Part shown: positions 10,415 to 22,100 of the stretch, in pieces
How positions within the stretch are numbered: position 1 is the stretch's first letter
How the letters are laid out: each line of letters begins with the position of its first letter
IMG/VR virus record: IMGVR_UViG_3300046171_000271
Source of the DNA: a virus
Taxonomy: Duplodnaviria; Caudoviricetes
Length of the DNA stretch: 64,000 nucleotides
Reading direction: 5' to 3' (one strand)
Made by a program: the position numbers and the translations under genes
The notes under the pieces: generated by a model
Told to the model about the DNA's origin: nothing
What the model saw: the letters and a program-made list of their open reading frames with translations, nothing else
The model's database searches: none

Positions 10415-12076
10415 ATGCCTGATAATGTATATCTTGGTAATCCTAATTTAAAAAAAGCGAATACGCCGATTGAGTTTACTGAAGAACAAATCATTGAGTT
10501 TGTTCAATGTCAACGCGATCCGGTTTATTTTGCTAATAAGTATGTAAAGATTGTTAGTTTGGATGAAGGACTTGTATCATTCAAACCATATCGCTTTCAA
10601 GAAAAGTTAATCAACAACTTTCATGAGAATAGATTTAACATCTGCAAAATGCCGCGACAGACTGGCAAAAGTACTACAGTTGTCTCTTATCTTCTTCATT
10701 ATGCGATTTTCAATGACAGCGTTAACATTGGCATACTTGCTAACAAAGCAGCAACAGCTAGGGAACTTTTAGGCAGATTACAAACTGCATATGAGAATCT
10801 ACCTAAATGGATGCAGCAGGGTATAATGGTATGGAACAAAGGTTCTTTGGAGTTAGAGAATGGCAGTAAAATACTGGCAGCTTCTACGTCTGCAAGTGCT
10901 GTCCGAGGTATGTCGTTTAACATCCTCTTTCTCGACGAGTTCGCGTTTGTCCCAAATCACATTGCTGACTCGTTCTTTGCCTCTGTGTATCCTACTATTA
11001 CTTCTGGTAAAAACACCAAAGTAATTATTGTATCCACCCCTCATGGTATGAATCACTTCTACCGAATGTGGAGTGATGCTGAAAAAGGAAAGAATGAATA
11101 TATTCCAACTGATGTTCACTGGAGTGAAGTTCCAGGCAGAGATGATGCATGGAAAGAACAAACTATCGCAAACACATCAGAACAACAATTTAAGATTGAG
11201 TTTGAGTGTGAGTTCTTAGGATCGATTGATACACTGATTGCTGCAAGTAAATTAAAATCTTTAGTGTATGATAATCCTTTAAAATCAAATGCAGGATTGG
11301 ATGTATATGAAGAACCACAAAAAAATCATGATTATTTAATTACAGTTGATGTAGCAAGAGGTGTGGGTGAAGATTATTCTGCATTTATTTGTGCTGATAT
11401 TACATCTTTCCCACATAAAATTGTTGCAAAGTATAAAAATAATGATATCAAACCGATGTTATTCCCTAACATCATATATGAAGTAGCAAAGAATTATAAT
11501 AGTGCATATATTCTTTGTGAAGTAAATGATGTAGGTGATCAAGTAGCATCACTTCTTCATTATGATTTAGAATATCAAAATGTTCTTATGTGCTCCATGA
11601 GAGGTAGAGCAGGACAAGTCGTCGGACAAGGTTTTTCTGGTAAGAAGACTCAATTAGGCGTAAAAATGTCCAAGACTGTTAAGAAGGTTGGGGCACTGAA
11701 CCTTAAGACAATGATTGAAGAAAATAAACTTCTTTTCAATGATTTAGATATTATATCAGAACTTACAACATTTATTTCAAAAAATAATTCATTTGAAGCA
11801 GAAGATGGTTGTCATGATGACTTAGGCAATGTGTCTTGTCATCTATGCTTGGTTAGTCGCTCAGGATTATTTTAAAGAACTAACCGATCAAGATATTAGA
11901 AAGAGACTTTACGAGGAGCAAAAAAATCAAATTGAGCAAGACATGGCACCCTTTCGGATTCATGGATGATGGACTTGGTGAAGGATAGTTTTACAGATGA
12001 TGATGGCGAAAGATGGTTTAATACATCAGAGTATGGTGAAACCGCTGGCGGTATGGATTATATGTGGAAATATTAA
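10415..12076 (+). CDS. gp17: Terminase large subunit (apparent indels near 11825, 11955 and 11983)
   Basis: Walker A PRQTGKST, Walker B LDEFAF, nuclease DVARG. The expected tail (DDL-AMCLVIYAWLVAQDYFKELTDQDIRKRLYEEQKNQIEQDMAPF...MWKY) continues in shifted frames to TAA at 12074-12076. Confidence 0.95.
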
Positions 12077-12306
12077 TGGATTTAGATAAGCAGATAAAAT
12101 TAGGGCATCTGCTTCTAAATGATAGAAGATGTAGAGTATGTGGCGAAACTAAAAATCTAATTGAAGGTTTTTATAGGACAAGAAAAGATAGAGGTGCAGT
12201 TGCATCATCATATTCTTATGAATGTAAAGATTGTACTATCAAGAGGATACTTGATAAAAAGAAAAAACAAACACCATTCGTTGATTGGAATTATCCAGAT
12301 TGGTAA
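12076..12306 (+). CDS. Small CxxC...CxxC zinc-binding hypothetical protein
   Basis: CRVC and CKDC motifs; the ATG overlaps the gp17 stop. Confidence 0.7.
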   Translation: MDLDKQIKLGHLLLNDRRCRVCGETKNLIEGFYRTRKDRGAVASSYSYECKDCTIKRILDKKKKQTPFVDWNYPDW

Positions 12307-12383
12307 TTTCACGTCTTGTTTCCCCGCTGAAAATAGTTAAAATTCTAAATATTCTTAGATAAACTGAGACAACGGAGAAAAAC

Positions 12384-14585
12384 ATGGCGACTCCTCAATT
12401 ATCTCCTGGGATACTTGTAAGGGAGGTTGATGTAACTGTAGGAAGAGCTGATAATGTTCTTCAGAATAGCGGCGCAATTGCCGGGCCCTTTAGTCTAGGC
12501 CCTGTTTCTGAAGCGATTGATATTACTACAGAAGCAGAACTAATCGAAGTATTTGGACAACCTATCTCAACAGATAGACATTATGAATACTGGATGAGTG
12601 CTTCATCTTTCCTCTCATATGGCGGAGTATTAAAAGTAGTTAGAGTTGATGGTTCTAACCTCAACAATGCAAACGCTGGAGTAGGAATTGCTTCCACGTC
12701 TCTGAAGATTAAAAACTTCGATGACTATAATTTAAATTACGAATCAGCAACTAATTACTACTACGCAGCTAAGAATCCTGGAACCTACTTAAATGGATTA
12801 AAAGTTGCTACGATTGATGATTTTGGTGATCAAGTTATTGGCATTTCAACTATCAACCCCGGATTATCAAACATTAAAGTTGGATTCGGTGTTACAATGG
12901 CACTTTCGGGTACAGAAGCAGGATTAGGAACTACTAAATCTGTTGACGGATTCCTGAAGGGAATTATTACTGGTGTTACAACAGATTCAGTCAATGGATC
13001 TAGTAGCATTGTTGTGAAGGTTGTATCTAGAGTATCTGGAGCAGGAACCGAAACTGCTATTGATTATGTACAGTCAGATCCTCTGAAATCTTTCCAAAGT
13101 GGTGCAACAATTATTCCTGTAAACAACGCAGGTATTAACACCGGTAAGGGAATTAACGTATTTGCAGGTGCTGCAGGAACTGTCACAGACTGGTATGATG
13201 GACAGACATTAGGACTTTCTAATTCAACTATTTTCTGGAAAGAAATTGCTCCCAAACCTGTTTCCAGCAAATTCGTCACCGATAGAAATGGTAAGGGTGA
13301 TGGAATGCACGTTGTTGTTATAGACGATACAGGTTCTGTAACTGGCATTAAAGGAAATATTCTTGAAAAGAATACTTTCTTATCTAAAGCATCTGATACA
13401 GTTTCTGCTCTTGCATCACCTGAGAGGACTTATTACAAAGATTACTTAGCATTAGGATCTAAGTACATCTATGGTGGTGGCAATGTTTCCGCTGCTACTG
13501 ATGGGTTCCACGGAACAACTCCAGTTGCAGTTGGTTTCTCAACAACGTTTACTCCTTTTACAACCGGACAAGGATTGTTTGGACAAGAAGCTCAGGATGT
13601 AACCTTTAGTGCTATTGGTAACAAGACATATACTCTTTCCAACGGTAAGGACTACGGTGGAGTAGATGATAAAGGAATGTCCGCATCACTAGGTGATGTT
13701 GTTAGTGGTTATGATCTTTTCTCTAATAAAGACGAGATTGATGTTGACTTCCTCCTCATGGGCCCTGGATGTACAACCGAAGCAGAATCTCAAGCAAAGG
13801 CAAATAAATTAATTGCTGTTGCAAATGAAAGAAAAGATTGTATTGCTTGTATTTCTCCACACAGAAACAACGTAGTTGATGTTGCTTCTACAACTGATCA
13901 GACTAATAACGTTGTTAAATTCTTCAGCGCACTTAGTTCTTCTTCATTCGCCGTATTTGATAGTGGATATAAGTACACTTATGATAGATTTAACAATTCA
14001 TTCCGTTACATCCCAACTAATGCCGATGTTGCAGGATTGATGGTAAGAACTGAAATTGAACAATTCCCATGGTATTCACCAGCAGGACAAGTAAGAGGTG
14101 TTCTTAATAATGCAATTAAACTTGCATATAATCCAAATAAATCACAAAGAGATTCTTTGTATGAAGCAAGAGTAAACTCTATTATTACATTATCTGGTGC
14201 TGGAACTGTACTTTATGGTGATAGAACTGGACAAGGTTTTGCATCTGCATTTGATAGAATTAATGTTCGTCGCCTTTTCCTCACAGTAGAAAAAGCATTA
14301 GAGGGACTTGCTAATGATACACTCTTTGAATTCAATGATGAGATCACTAGATCTACATTTGTAAATGCCGTAGAACCTTATCTTCGCGATGTTCAAGCAA
14401 AGAGAGGATTGTATGACTTCCGTGTTATCTGCGATTCATCTAACAACACTCCAGACATTGTTGATAATAATGAATTTAGAGCAGATATCTTCCTAAAACC
14501 CTCAAAAGTTATTAACTATGTTACTTTGACGTTCGTTGCAACACGAACTGGGGTTGCTTTTGAAGAAGTTACTGGCAGAGTTTAA
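12384..14585 (+). CDS. gp18: Tail sheath protein
   Basis: N-terminal SPGILVREVD; C-terminal AFDRINVRRLFL...FEFNDEITR. Confidence 0.97.
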   Translation: MATPQLSPGILVREVDVTVGRADNVLQNSGAIAGPFSLGPVSEAIDITTEAELIEVFGQPISTDRHYEYWMSASSFLSYGGVLKVVRVDGSNLNNANAGVGIASTSLKIKNFDDYNLNYESATNYYYAAKNPGTYLNGLKVATIDDFGDQVIGISTINPGLSNIKVGFGVTMALSGTEAGLGTTKSVDGFLKGIITGVTTDSVNGSSSIVVKVVSRVSGAGTETAIDYVQSDPLKSFQSGATIIPVNNAGINTGKGINVFAGAAGTVTDWYDGQTLGLSNSTIFWKEIAPKPVSSKFVTDRNGKGDGMHVVVIDDTGSVTGIKGNILEKNTFLSKASDTVSALASPERTYYKDYLALGSKYIYGGGNVSAATDGFHGTTPVAVGFSTTFTPFTTGQGLFGQEAQDVTFSAIGNKTYTLSNGKDYGGVDDKGMSASLGDVVSGYDLFSNKDEIDVDFLLMGPGCTTEAESQAKANKLIAVANERKDCIACISPHRNNVVDVASTTDQTNNVVKFFSALSSSSFAVFDSGYKYTYDRFNNSFRYIPTNADVAGLMVRTEIEQFPWYSPAGQVRGVLNNAIKLAYNPNKSQRDSLYEARVNSIITLSGAGTVLYGDRTGQGFASAFDRINVRRLFLTVEKALEGLANDTLFEFNDEITRSTFVNAVEPYLRDVQAKRGLYDFRVICDSSNNTPDIVDNNEFRADIFLKPSKVINYVTLTFVATRTGVAFEEVTGRV

Positions 14586-14618
14586 TTTTATAAACAATAA
14601 TCACGGAGGAACCAACTA

Positions 14619-15284
14619 ATGGCAAACTTAAGAACAATCACTACGTTTAAATCCGCCCTCAAAGGGGGCGGTGCTCGTCCTAATTTATTTGAAGTCAACA
14701 TGAATTGGCCATCTGGCCAAAACATGGGTGCATGGCAAGACGCTGTAGAAGAGGAATTTCAATTCCTTTGTAAGGCAGCTGCATTACCTTCTTCAAATAT
14801 AACACCCATTGAAATTCCTTTTAGAGGAAGAACTCTCAAAGTTGCTGGAGACAGAACATTTGATACGTGGACAATTACTGTTATCAATGACGAAAACTTT
14901 AGAATTAGAACAAGGTTTGAAGCATGGATGAACGGTATTAGTAAATTGACTGATGCGTCTGGTGCCACCTCACCAAATTCCTACATGGCTAATGCTATAG
15001 TGAATCAACTAGGAAGAGGATACGATAAAGGAAGACATGCAACAAGTTCTTCCGGTAAAAAAGCTGAAAGTGGATCTGAGGGCAAAGACAGTATAACTCC
15101 ATTGAGAACGTATAAGTTTCATGATATCTTCCCAACTGAAGTATCTGAAATTGCACTTTCTTATGATTCTACAGATACTATTGAAGAATATACTGTAACC
15201 TTCCAGGTTCAATATTTTACAATAGGTAGTTCTAATGATACTGGTGCAAGAACAGATCAAGCTGACAAGGATGTTCTTAGATAA
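14619..15284 (+). CDS. gp19: Tail tube protein
   Basis: GGARPNLFEV, FRGRTLKVAGDRTFDTWTITVIND. Confidence 0.96.
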   Translation: MANLRTITTFKSALKGGGARPNLFEVNMNWPSGQNMGAWQDAVEEEFQFLCKAAALPSSNITPIEIPFRGRTLKVAGDRTFDTWTITVINDENFRIRTRFEAWMNGISKLTDASGATSPNSYMANAIVNQLGRGYDKGRHATSSSGKKAESGSEGKDSITPLRTYKFHDIFPTEVSEIALSYDSTDTIEEYTVTFQVQYFTIGSSNDTGARTDQADKDVLR

Positions 15285-15313
15285 ATAGTCGAATAAAGGA
15301 CTATTAATAAATC

Positions 15314-16993
15314 ATGTCAAAGTTATTTGGGTTCTCAATTGAGGACACCGAAAAAACTCCACCTAGTGTGGTTTCCCCCGTCCCTCCTAATAACGAGGAC
15401 GGGGTAGATCACTATTTAACTAGTGGATTTTTTGGGCAATATGTCGATATTGAAGGAGTATATAAGACAGAGTTTGATTTAATCAAGCGTTATCGTGAAA
15501 TGGCACTTCATCCTGAATGTGATAGTGCCATTGAAGATGTTGTTAATGAAGCAATTGTTGCTGATACGAATGATTCTCCTGTTGAAATTGAACTTTCTAA
15601 TTTAAATGCCAGTGATGGTATTAAGAAAAAGATTAGAGATGAGTTTAAATATATACTTGGTTTATTAGATTTTGATAAAAAAGCACACGAAATCTATAGG
15701 AATTGGTATATTGACGGACGACTTTACTACCATAAAGTCATTGATATGAAGAACCCTCATGAGGGTATTCAAGAATTACGTTATATTGACGCAATGAAAA
15801 TGCGTTATGTGCGTCAACAAAAGAAAAAAGATGCCAATAATATTCGTTTAGCAGGTATCAATAAAGGTTCTGACAATCCGATGGAATATGAATTTCCAGA
15901 GATTGAAGAGTATTTCGTATATAATCCGAAAAGTACATATCCTTCTGCAAGTCCTGGATCTGCACAAGGTGGACAATCTGGAATTAAATTTTCAAAAGAT
16001 TCAATCACATATTGTTCATCAGGACTTGTAGATCGTAACAAAGGATCAACTCTTTCGTACCTCCACAAAGCAATCAAATCTCTCAATCAATTAAGAATGA
16101 TTGAGGACTCTTTAGTAATTTACAGATTATCTCGTGCCCCAGAGCGTAGAATTTTCTATATTGATGTAGGAAATCTTCCTAAAGTAAAAGCAGAACAATA
16201 TCTGCGCGATGTCATGAATAGATATCGCAATAAACTTGTATATAATGCACAAACAGGTGAGATTCGTGATGACAAAAAATTCATGTCAATGCTTGAAGAT
16301 TTCTGGCTTCCCAGGCGTGAGGGCGGAAGAGGAACCGAAATCTCCACTTTGCCTGGCGGACAAAACTTGGGCGAAATCACTGATATTGAATATTTTAAAA
16401 AGAAACTCTACCGTTCACTTAACGTCCCTCCATCACGAATGGATGGCGAAGGTGGGTTTAACTTGGGGAGATCTTCTGAGATCCTGAGAGATGAACTGAA
16501 GTTTACTAAGTTTGTTAGCAGATTGAGAAAGAGATTCTCAAATATGTTCAATGATATGCTTGAAGACTCAACTTATTCTGAAGAATATCATTACTCCAGA
16601 AGACTGGGATAGAATGAGTGAGCATATTCAATATGATTTTCTTTATGATAATCATTTCTCAGAACTGAAAGATGCAGAACTGATGAATGAGAGATTGGCT
16701 CTTGCTCAAGTTGCAGAACCATATGTTGGCAAGTACTACTCTCAGGATTATGTTCGCCGCAAGATTCTTCGTCAGACTGATGAAGAAATTCTTGAGCAGA
16801 TAGACTAATTGAGAAAGAAATTGCTGATGGAACTATTCTCGATCCTAGCATTCCTGTAGATCCAGAAACGGGTCAACCATTAGATCAGTCAGGTGCTGGA
16901 ATGGATCTCGGAGCTCCAGTGATGGAACCAGATTTAGAAAAAGATTCAAATGCTACCAAGGCTCCAGAAATGCCTCAAGGTGGTGAAATATAA
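15314..16993 (+). CDS. gp20: Portal protein (apparent indels near 16561 and 16800)
   Basis: IYRLSRAPERRIFYIDVGNLPK, EDFWLPRREGGRGTEI. The C-terminus (KTQLILKNIITPEDW...LIEKEIADG...PQGGEI) continues in other frames to TAA at 16991-16993. Confidence 0.95.
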
Positions 16994-16996
16994 ATA
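16989..16996 (+). promoter_or_regulatory. T4-type late promoter TATAAATA
   Basis: Exact gp55-dependent consensus upstream of the ORF at 17021. Confidence 0.7.
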
Positions 16997-17020
16997 TATT
17001 CGATAAACACTTAAATTATC

Positions 17021-17197
17021 ATGGAAGAACTTTTAGATTTAATTGCATCTGATGAATCACCATCAGAAGTTAGCGACAAGATTAAAGAAATTTTATACGC
17101 AAAATCGGCAGAAAAAGTAGATGCTTTTAGACCAAAAGCAGCACAATCTACTTTTTTTGGCCAAGAAACCCCAGAAACAGAAGGTTCTGAGGATTGA
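17021..17197 (+). CDS. Small acidic protein at the prohead-core (gp67) position
   Basis: My translation: MEELLDLIASDESPSEVSDKIKEILYAKSAEKVDAFRP..., 58 aa, between portal and protease. Confidence 0.7.
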   Translation: MEELLDLIASDESPSEVSDKIKEILYAKSAEKVDAFRPKAAQSTFFGQETPETEGSED

Positions 17198-17201
17198 TTA
17201 G

Positions 17202-17209
17202 TATAAATA
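17202..17209 (+). promoter_or_regulatory. T4-type late promoter TATAAATA
   Basis: Exact consensus 25 nt upstream of the ORF at 17234. Confidence 0.75.
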
Positions 17210-17233
17210 ATTGATAAAGTAATTTACTTAATT

Positions 17234-17503
17234 ATGGCTGCTACACGTATCTTGCCATTGGCAGAAAAAGTATCACTAACTGCAGGTTCTAGTAATGCCA
17301 CAACTGTTTCTAACGCAACAGTTGTAAGAGTATTAGCTTCTTCTGGACCTGTTGTTGTTGTCAGAACAGATTCTAGCAATTCTATAATCGGTTCTTTTAC
17401 GATGTTGGCTAATACTTCAGAGTTGGTTGAAAAATATCCAACCGATAAATTATATGTTACTGGTGGTAACGCAGAAGTCGCAAAAGTAGGTTTTACAGGA
17501 TAA
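17234..17503 (+). CDS. Hypothetical head-module protein
   Basis: ORF behind a late promoter, immediately upstream of gp21. Confidence 0.7.
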   Translation: MAATRILPLAEKVSLTAGSSNATTVSNATVVRVLASSGPVVVVRTDSSNSIIGSFTMLANTSELVEKYPTDKLYVTGGNAEVAKVGFTG

Positions 17504-17507
17504 AAAC

Positions 17508-18158
17508 ATGAAACTAATCAGAGAAGAAGTAGAATCAGTTAAGTTTCTTGTCGAACAAAAGAACGGCAAGAAGTCTTTGTATATTGAAGGAGTTTTTCTC
17601 CAAGGAGACATCAAAAACCGCAATGGTCGTATGTACCCTATGGAGACTCTTCGTAAAGAAGTTGCTCGTTATAATGAGTCAAACATTCAATCTGGTAGAG
17701 CACTTGGTGAACTGGGACATCCTGATGGTCCAACAGTAAACCTCGATCGTGTTTCTCATAAGATTGTTTCTTTGAGGGAAAGTGGATCTAATTTCATCGG
17801 AAAGGCTAAGATTCTTAGCACACCCATGGGTAAGATTGCATCTTCTTTAATTGACGAAGGAGTAAAACTCGGCGTTTCTTCTCGTGGCATTGGATCTCTC
17901 CAAATGAATAAAGAGGGATGCAATATCGTAGGTAACGATTTCATGCTAGCAACAGCTGCTGATATCGTTGCTGATCCTTCTGCCCCAGATGCTTTTGTTG
18001 AAGGGATTATGGAAGGAAAAGAGTGGATCTGGGATGGAGGAATTCTTCGCGAAAAACTCGCTGAACAGACCCAAAGAAAGATTAATACTCTAGTCGATCA
18101 AAAACGACTGGAGGAACACAAGTTAAGTCTGTTTAACGACTTCTTGTCAAATCTTTAA
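17508..18158 (+). CDS. gp21: Prohead protease
   Basis: KNRNGRMYP, ALGELGHP, LGVSSRGIGSL, DIVADPSAPDAFV. Confidence 0.97.
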   Translation: MKLIREEVESVKFLVEQKNGKKSLYIEGVFLQGDIKNRNGRMYPMETLRKEVARYNESNIQSGRALGELGHPDGPTVNLDRVSHKIVSLRESGSNFIGKAKILSTPMGKIASSLIDEGVKLGVSSRGIGSLQMNKEGCNIVGNDFMLATAADIVADPSAPDAFVEGIMEGKEWIWDGGILREKLAEQTQRKINTLVDQKRLEEHKLSLFNDFLSNL

Positions 18159-18216
18159 AATACTAAATAAATACATATAGTACCTATTATTACTAAGTAA
18201 AATCGGAGAGTCTCAA

Positions 18217-19324
18217 ATGTCTAGTGACAATAACTTACAGGAAATGGAAGCGGGCACAACTCAATCCAAAACTGCTGTAAATGCTGGAGCGAAACCTGCT
18301 GATCCTATGCCAACAATGGCAGATCCAGGAACTCAGTTGGGTTCTGTAGAAGATCTTGGCGGTCCTACACCCCAAAATTACAAGCCCGATGACGATTCTG
18401 CAAAGTTAAAAGAGCCTTCACTGAAGACTGTTTCTAACGTTGTAAACGCTAAAGCAGGTAAAGCCTGATCCTATGCCAAAGGGCATGAAGGAAGAGGAAG
18501 AAGTGGAAGCAGAAGAAGTTGTCGCAGAAGCAGAAGGATCAACCGAAGAGGTTGTTTCCGAAGAAGAAAAAACAACTACTGAAGAAGTAGTTGACGAGTA
18601 TAATATGGAAGAAGATGTCAATGCTCTTCTTGCCGGTGAAGAACTCTCCGAAGAATTCCAAGAGAAGGCAAGAACAATCTTTGAGGCAGCAATCAATTCT
18701 AAGGTTGCTGGCATCAAAGAAGAACTGGAGCAGCAGTATGCTGTTGCGTTCGAAGAAGAAATGAAGGAAGTCAAAGAGTCACTCGCAGAGCGAGTTGATT
18801 CTTACCTTGAGTACGTTGCTGATGAGTGGTTCAATGAAAACGCTCTCACAATCGAAAAAGGACTTCAATCCGAAATGACTGAGAGCTTCCTCTCAGGCAT
18901 GAAGGAACTTTTTGAAGCACATTATGTAACCATCCCTGAAGATAAATATGATGCTTTCGTCGGTATGACAAACAAACTTGATGAAATGGAGACAAAACTC
19001 AACGAGCAACTTGAGAAAAATATTTCACTGAACAAGCGTCTCTCCGAGGCCAATGCTAGTGGTATCTTAGATCAAATCTCTGAAGGTCTTGCACAGACCC
19101 AGAAAGAGAAGCTCGCCTCACTTGCCGAAAGTGTAGAGTTTGAAAGTGAAGCACAATATCGTGAAAAACTGGAAACACTCAAGGAGTCATATTTCAGCTC
19201 CAAGAAAGAGTCTTCCGTTGCTAAGACTGAATCAATCTCAGAGGGTGTAGATTCATCACCAGCGTCAATCACTGGTTCAATGGATCAATATCTGAAGATG
19301 ATGAATTCATTCAAGCATTCCTGA
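18217..19324 (+). CDS. gp22: Prohead core scaffold protein (apparent +1 indel near 18465)
   Basis: The ORFs 18217..18468 and 18473..19324 join into an acidic scaffold (EFQEKARTIFEAA, VDSYLEYVADEW) between gp21 and gp23. Confidence 0.92.
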
Positions 19325-19367
19325 ATTTAACATTAAATCAAACGTAAACTATTTAAAGGTAAACCAA

Positions 19368-20780
19368 ATGTTCCAATCAGAGCATCTGGTAGAAAAGTGG
19401 GCCCCTCTTCTTGAGCATGAGGGATGCGAGTCAATCAAAGACAACCATCGTAAGGCTGTAACCGCTGTTCTGCTGGAAAACCAAGAGAAATTTTTAAAAG
19501 AGCAAAATGCTTTTTCTCAGTCAGGTGCATTCCTGAGTGAGCAACCCACCAATGCTGTAGGTAATGGTGGTTATACAGGCGGCGCTGCTGACGGCGGTCC
19601 TGTTGCAGGTTTCGACCCCGTTCTGATCTCCCTGATCAGACGCTCTATGCCTAACCTGGTCGCTTATGACCTGGCCGGCGTTCAGCCAATGTCTGGTCCT
19701 ACTGGACTCATCTTCGCGATGCGTTCTAAGTACACAGAGCAGAGTGGACCTGAAACCTTCTTCGATGAAGTAGATACAGCATTCTCCGGCCAAGATGCCG
19801 CTAGAGATGCAACCAACGGCATGACAGGTGCTGCAGTTGGTATGGGTACTACAGGACAATCTGGTGATAATCCTGGTCTCCTGAACCCAACTGGAACCGC
19901 AACTGAGTCTGACTACAGCGTTGGACAAGGTATGCGTACCGATGGCGCTGAGTCACTTGGCACCACTGGTAATGAGTTCAACGAAATGGCATTCTCAATC
20001 GAGAAGGTCACCGTAACTGCTAAGAGCAGAGCTCTCAAAGCTGAGTATTCCCTGGAACTGGCACAGGATCTGAAAGCAATCCACGGTTTAAACGCCGAGG
20101 CTGAACTCGCCAACATTCTCTCCACTGAGATTCTGGCTGAGATCAACCGCGAAGTTATCCGTACTATCTACAAGGTTGCTGAGCAAGGTGCTGTTCAGAA
20201 CACCGCTACCGCTGGTGAGTTCGATCTCGACATCGACTCCAACGGACGCTGGAGTGTTGAGAAGTTCAAGGGACTGCTGTTCCAGATCGAAAGAGACGCC
20301 AACGCGATTGCACAAAGAACTCGTAGAGGAAAGGGCAACACAATCCTTTGCTCCGCTGACGTTGCTTCTGCTCTCACCATGGCTGGTGTACTTGATTACA
20401 CCCCTGCTCTGAACGCTAACCTGAATGTTGATGACACAGGTAACACCTTCGCTGGTGTTCTGCAAGGTAAGTATCGCGTATACATCGATCCTTATTCTGC
20501 TAACCTGACTTCATCTAACGGAACCCCCGGTAACCAGTATTACGTTGTCGGTTATAAGGGTACTTCTCCTTATGACGCTGGACTGTTCTACTGCCCATAC
20601 GTTCCCCTTCAAATGGTTCGTGCCGTTGGACAGGATACCTTCCAACCCAAGATTGGCTTCAAGACTCGTTACGGTATGGTTGCCAACCCATTCGCTGAAG
20701 GAACACAGGCACAACTGGGTGCTCTTAACATCAATGCAAACCGCTACTACAGACGTGTTGCAGTCAAGAATTTGATGTGA
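19368..20780 (+). CDS. gp23: Major capsid protein
   Basis: VQPMSGPTGLIFAMRS, KSRALKAEYSLELAQDLKAIHGL, FQPKIGFKTRYG. Confidence 0.99.
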   Translation: MFQSEHLVEKWAPLLEHEGCESIKDNHRKAVTAVLLENQEKFLKEQNAFSQSGAFLSEQPTNAVGNGGYTGGAADGGPVAGFDPVLISLIRRSMPNLVAYDLAGVQPMSGPTGLIFAMRSKYTEQSGPETFFDEVDTAFSGQDAARDATNGMTGAAVGMGTTGQSGDNPGLLNPTGTATESDYSVGQGMRTDGAESLGTTGNEFNEMAFSIEKVTVTAKSRALKAEYSLELAQDLKAIHGLNAEAELANILSTEILAEINREVIRTIYKVAEQGAVQNTATAGEFDLDIDSNGRWSVEKFKGLLFQIERDANAIAQRTRRGKGNTILCSADVASALTMAGVLDYTPALNANLNVDDTGNTFAGVLQGKYRVYIDPYSANLTSSNGTPGNQYYVVGYKGTSPYDAGLFYCPYVPLQMVRAVGQDTFQPKIGFKTRYGMVANPFAEGTQAQLGALNINANRYYRRVAVKNLM

Positions 20781-20810
20781 TATAATTTCCTTACGTGTGA
20801 AGGAAGTGCG

Positions 20811-20838
20811 AGAGGGATCTTCGGATCCCTCTTTTTTT
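20811..20838 (+). terminator. Rho-independent terminator with cUUCGg tetraloop after gp23
   Basis: AGAGGGATC-TTCG-GATCCCTCT followed by a T run. Confidence 0.92.
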
Positions 20839-20858
20839 ATCTAAATACTTAGAAAACG

Positions 20859-21422
20859 ATGTCTTACGGCAATCCCTTTGAAAATCAGATAAGTAATAGG
20901 AATTTCTTATCTCCTACCGGGTTTAAATTTATACTTAAGAGAGCACCTAAAGTTTCTTTCTTTGGTAACTCTGCAAATTTACCTGCAATTTCAATGGGAA
21001 CTGCAATCCAACCCACTTATCTAAAAGATATCGATCGTCCAGGTGATAAAGTTCAATTTGAAGATTTTAATTTCAGATTTCTTGTAGATGAAAATTTAGA
21101 GAACTATCTTGAAATATACAATTGGATTAGAGGATTAGGATACCCAGAAAGTTTACAAGAAATATATGATTGGCAAGAATCAGATAAAAATTTTATTCAA
21201 CCTAGACATTCAGAATTAAATTTATTTTCTGATGCCACCCTACAAATTTTAACAAGTAGCGAAAATCCAAATTTTAAAATTGTATTTCAAGACATGTTTC
21301 CTGTAGGACTGTCTACACTAAATTTTGATGCTACAGGTGAGGATGTTTCATACTTTACAGCAGAGGCAACTTTCAAGTATACTATCTACAATATAACTGA
21401 TATGTCTGGCAAAAAATTATGA
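20859..21422 (+). CDS. gp3: Tail completion / sheath stabiliser protein
   Basis: NRNFLSPTGFKF...FLVDENLENYLEIYNWIRG; position after gp23. Confidence 0.88.
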   Translation: MSYGNPFENQISNRNFLSPTGFKFILKRAPKVSFFGNSANLPAISMGTAIQPTYLKDIDRPGDKVQFEDFNFRFLVDENLENYLEIYNWIRGLGYPESLQEIYDWQESDKNFIQPRHSELNLFSDATLQILTSSENPNFKIVFQDMFPVGLSTLNFDATGEDVSYFTAEATFKYTIYNITDMSGKKL

Positions 21423-21856
21423 GTCTTGATCTTGATTCAATTCAAGAGATGTGGAAAAAAGATTCTGATATTGACAGAGACAACTTACATGAAGAGTCTT
21501 TGAAAATTCCATCTCTACATGCAAAATACTTTGAACTATATAATACCATATTTCTTCTAAGGAAGAAAGCAGAACAACAAAGAAAAAACATTAGGCACGA
21601 AAGATATGAGTACTTTAGCGGAAAAGCAGATCCTGATGTTTATGTGGAGAATCCATTCCCTAAAAAAATTAGGGATAAAGAAACTATGCAGAAATATTTG
21701 GATGCAGATGACAAACTCTCATCAGTCTCTTTAAAAATTGACTATTATGATACAATGCTTGTTTATATTGAGAGTATACTTAAACAAGTAAGTAATAGAA
21801 CTTACCATATAAAAAATGCAATAGAGTTCATGAGATTCAATGCGGGGTTAGGTTAA
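21419..21856 (+). CDS. uvsY: Recombination mediator protein
   Basis: ESLKIPSLHAKY...IKNAIEF; directly upstream of uvsW. Confidence 0.9.
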   Translation: MSLDLDSIQEMWKKDSDIDRDNLHEESLKIPSLHAKYFELYNTIFLLRKKAEQQRKNIRHERYEYFSGKADPDVYVENPFPKKIRDKETMQKYLDADDKLSSVSLKIDYYDTMLVYIESILKQVSNRTYHIKNAIEFMRFNAGLG

Positions 21857-22074
21857 TGTCAGAAGAATGGACATATCAAGATGAAGAATTTGATGAAGAT
21901 CTTCCATATGTAGAATTACAGTTTGGGATAGATGATTTACGTTTATTATATAAGTCCGTTTCAGTTCACGCAGACAAATGGCCCGGCGGTGATGCAGAAG
22001 AACAAGAGAGACTATATTACTTAAAAAATTTTTTATATAGAATAGTTCTGGAATACAAGTTTAGTCACGAGTGA
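21856..22074 (+). CDS. Small acidic hypothetical protein
   Basis: Translationally coupled ORF between uvsY and uvsW. Confidence 0.7.
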   Translation: MSEEWTYQDEEFDEDLPYVELQFGIDDLRLLYKSVSVHADKWPGGDAEEQERLYYLKNFLYRIVLEYKFSHE

Positions 22075-22100
22075 TAAATATCCACAGGTGATAAATCCTT

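Noticed and set aside
10415-19324. Programmed frameshifting or stop-codon recoding in gp17, gp20 and gp22
   Set aside because: The breaks need frame changes rather than readthrough, have no common slippery heptamer, and come several per gene. All other genes end normally at TAA/TAG/TGA. Sequencing error is simpler.
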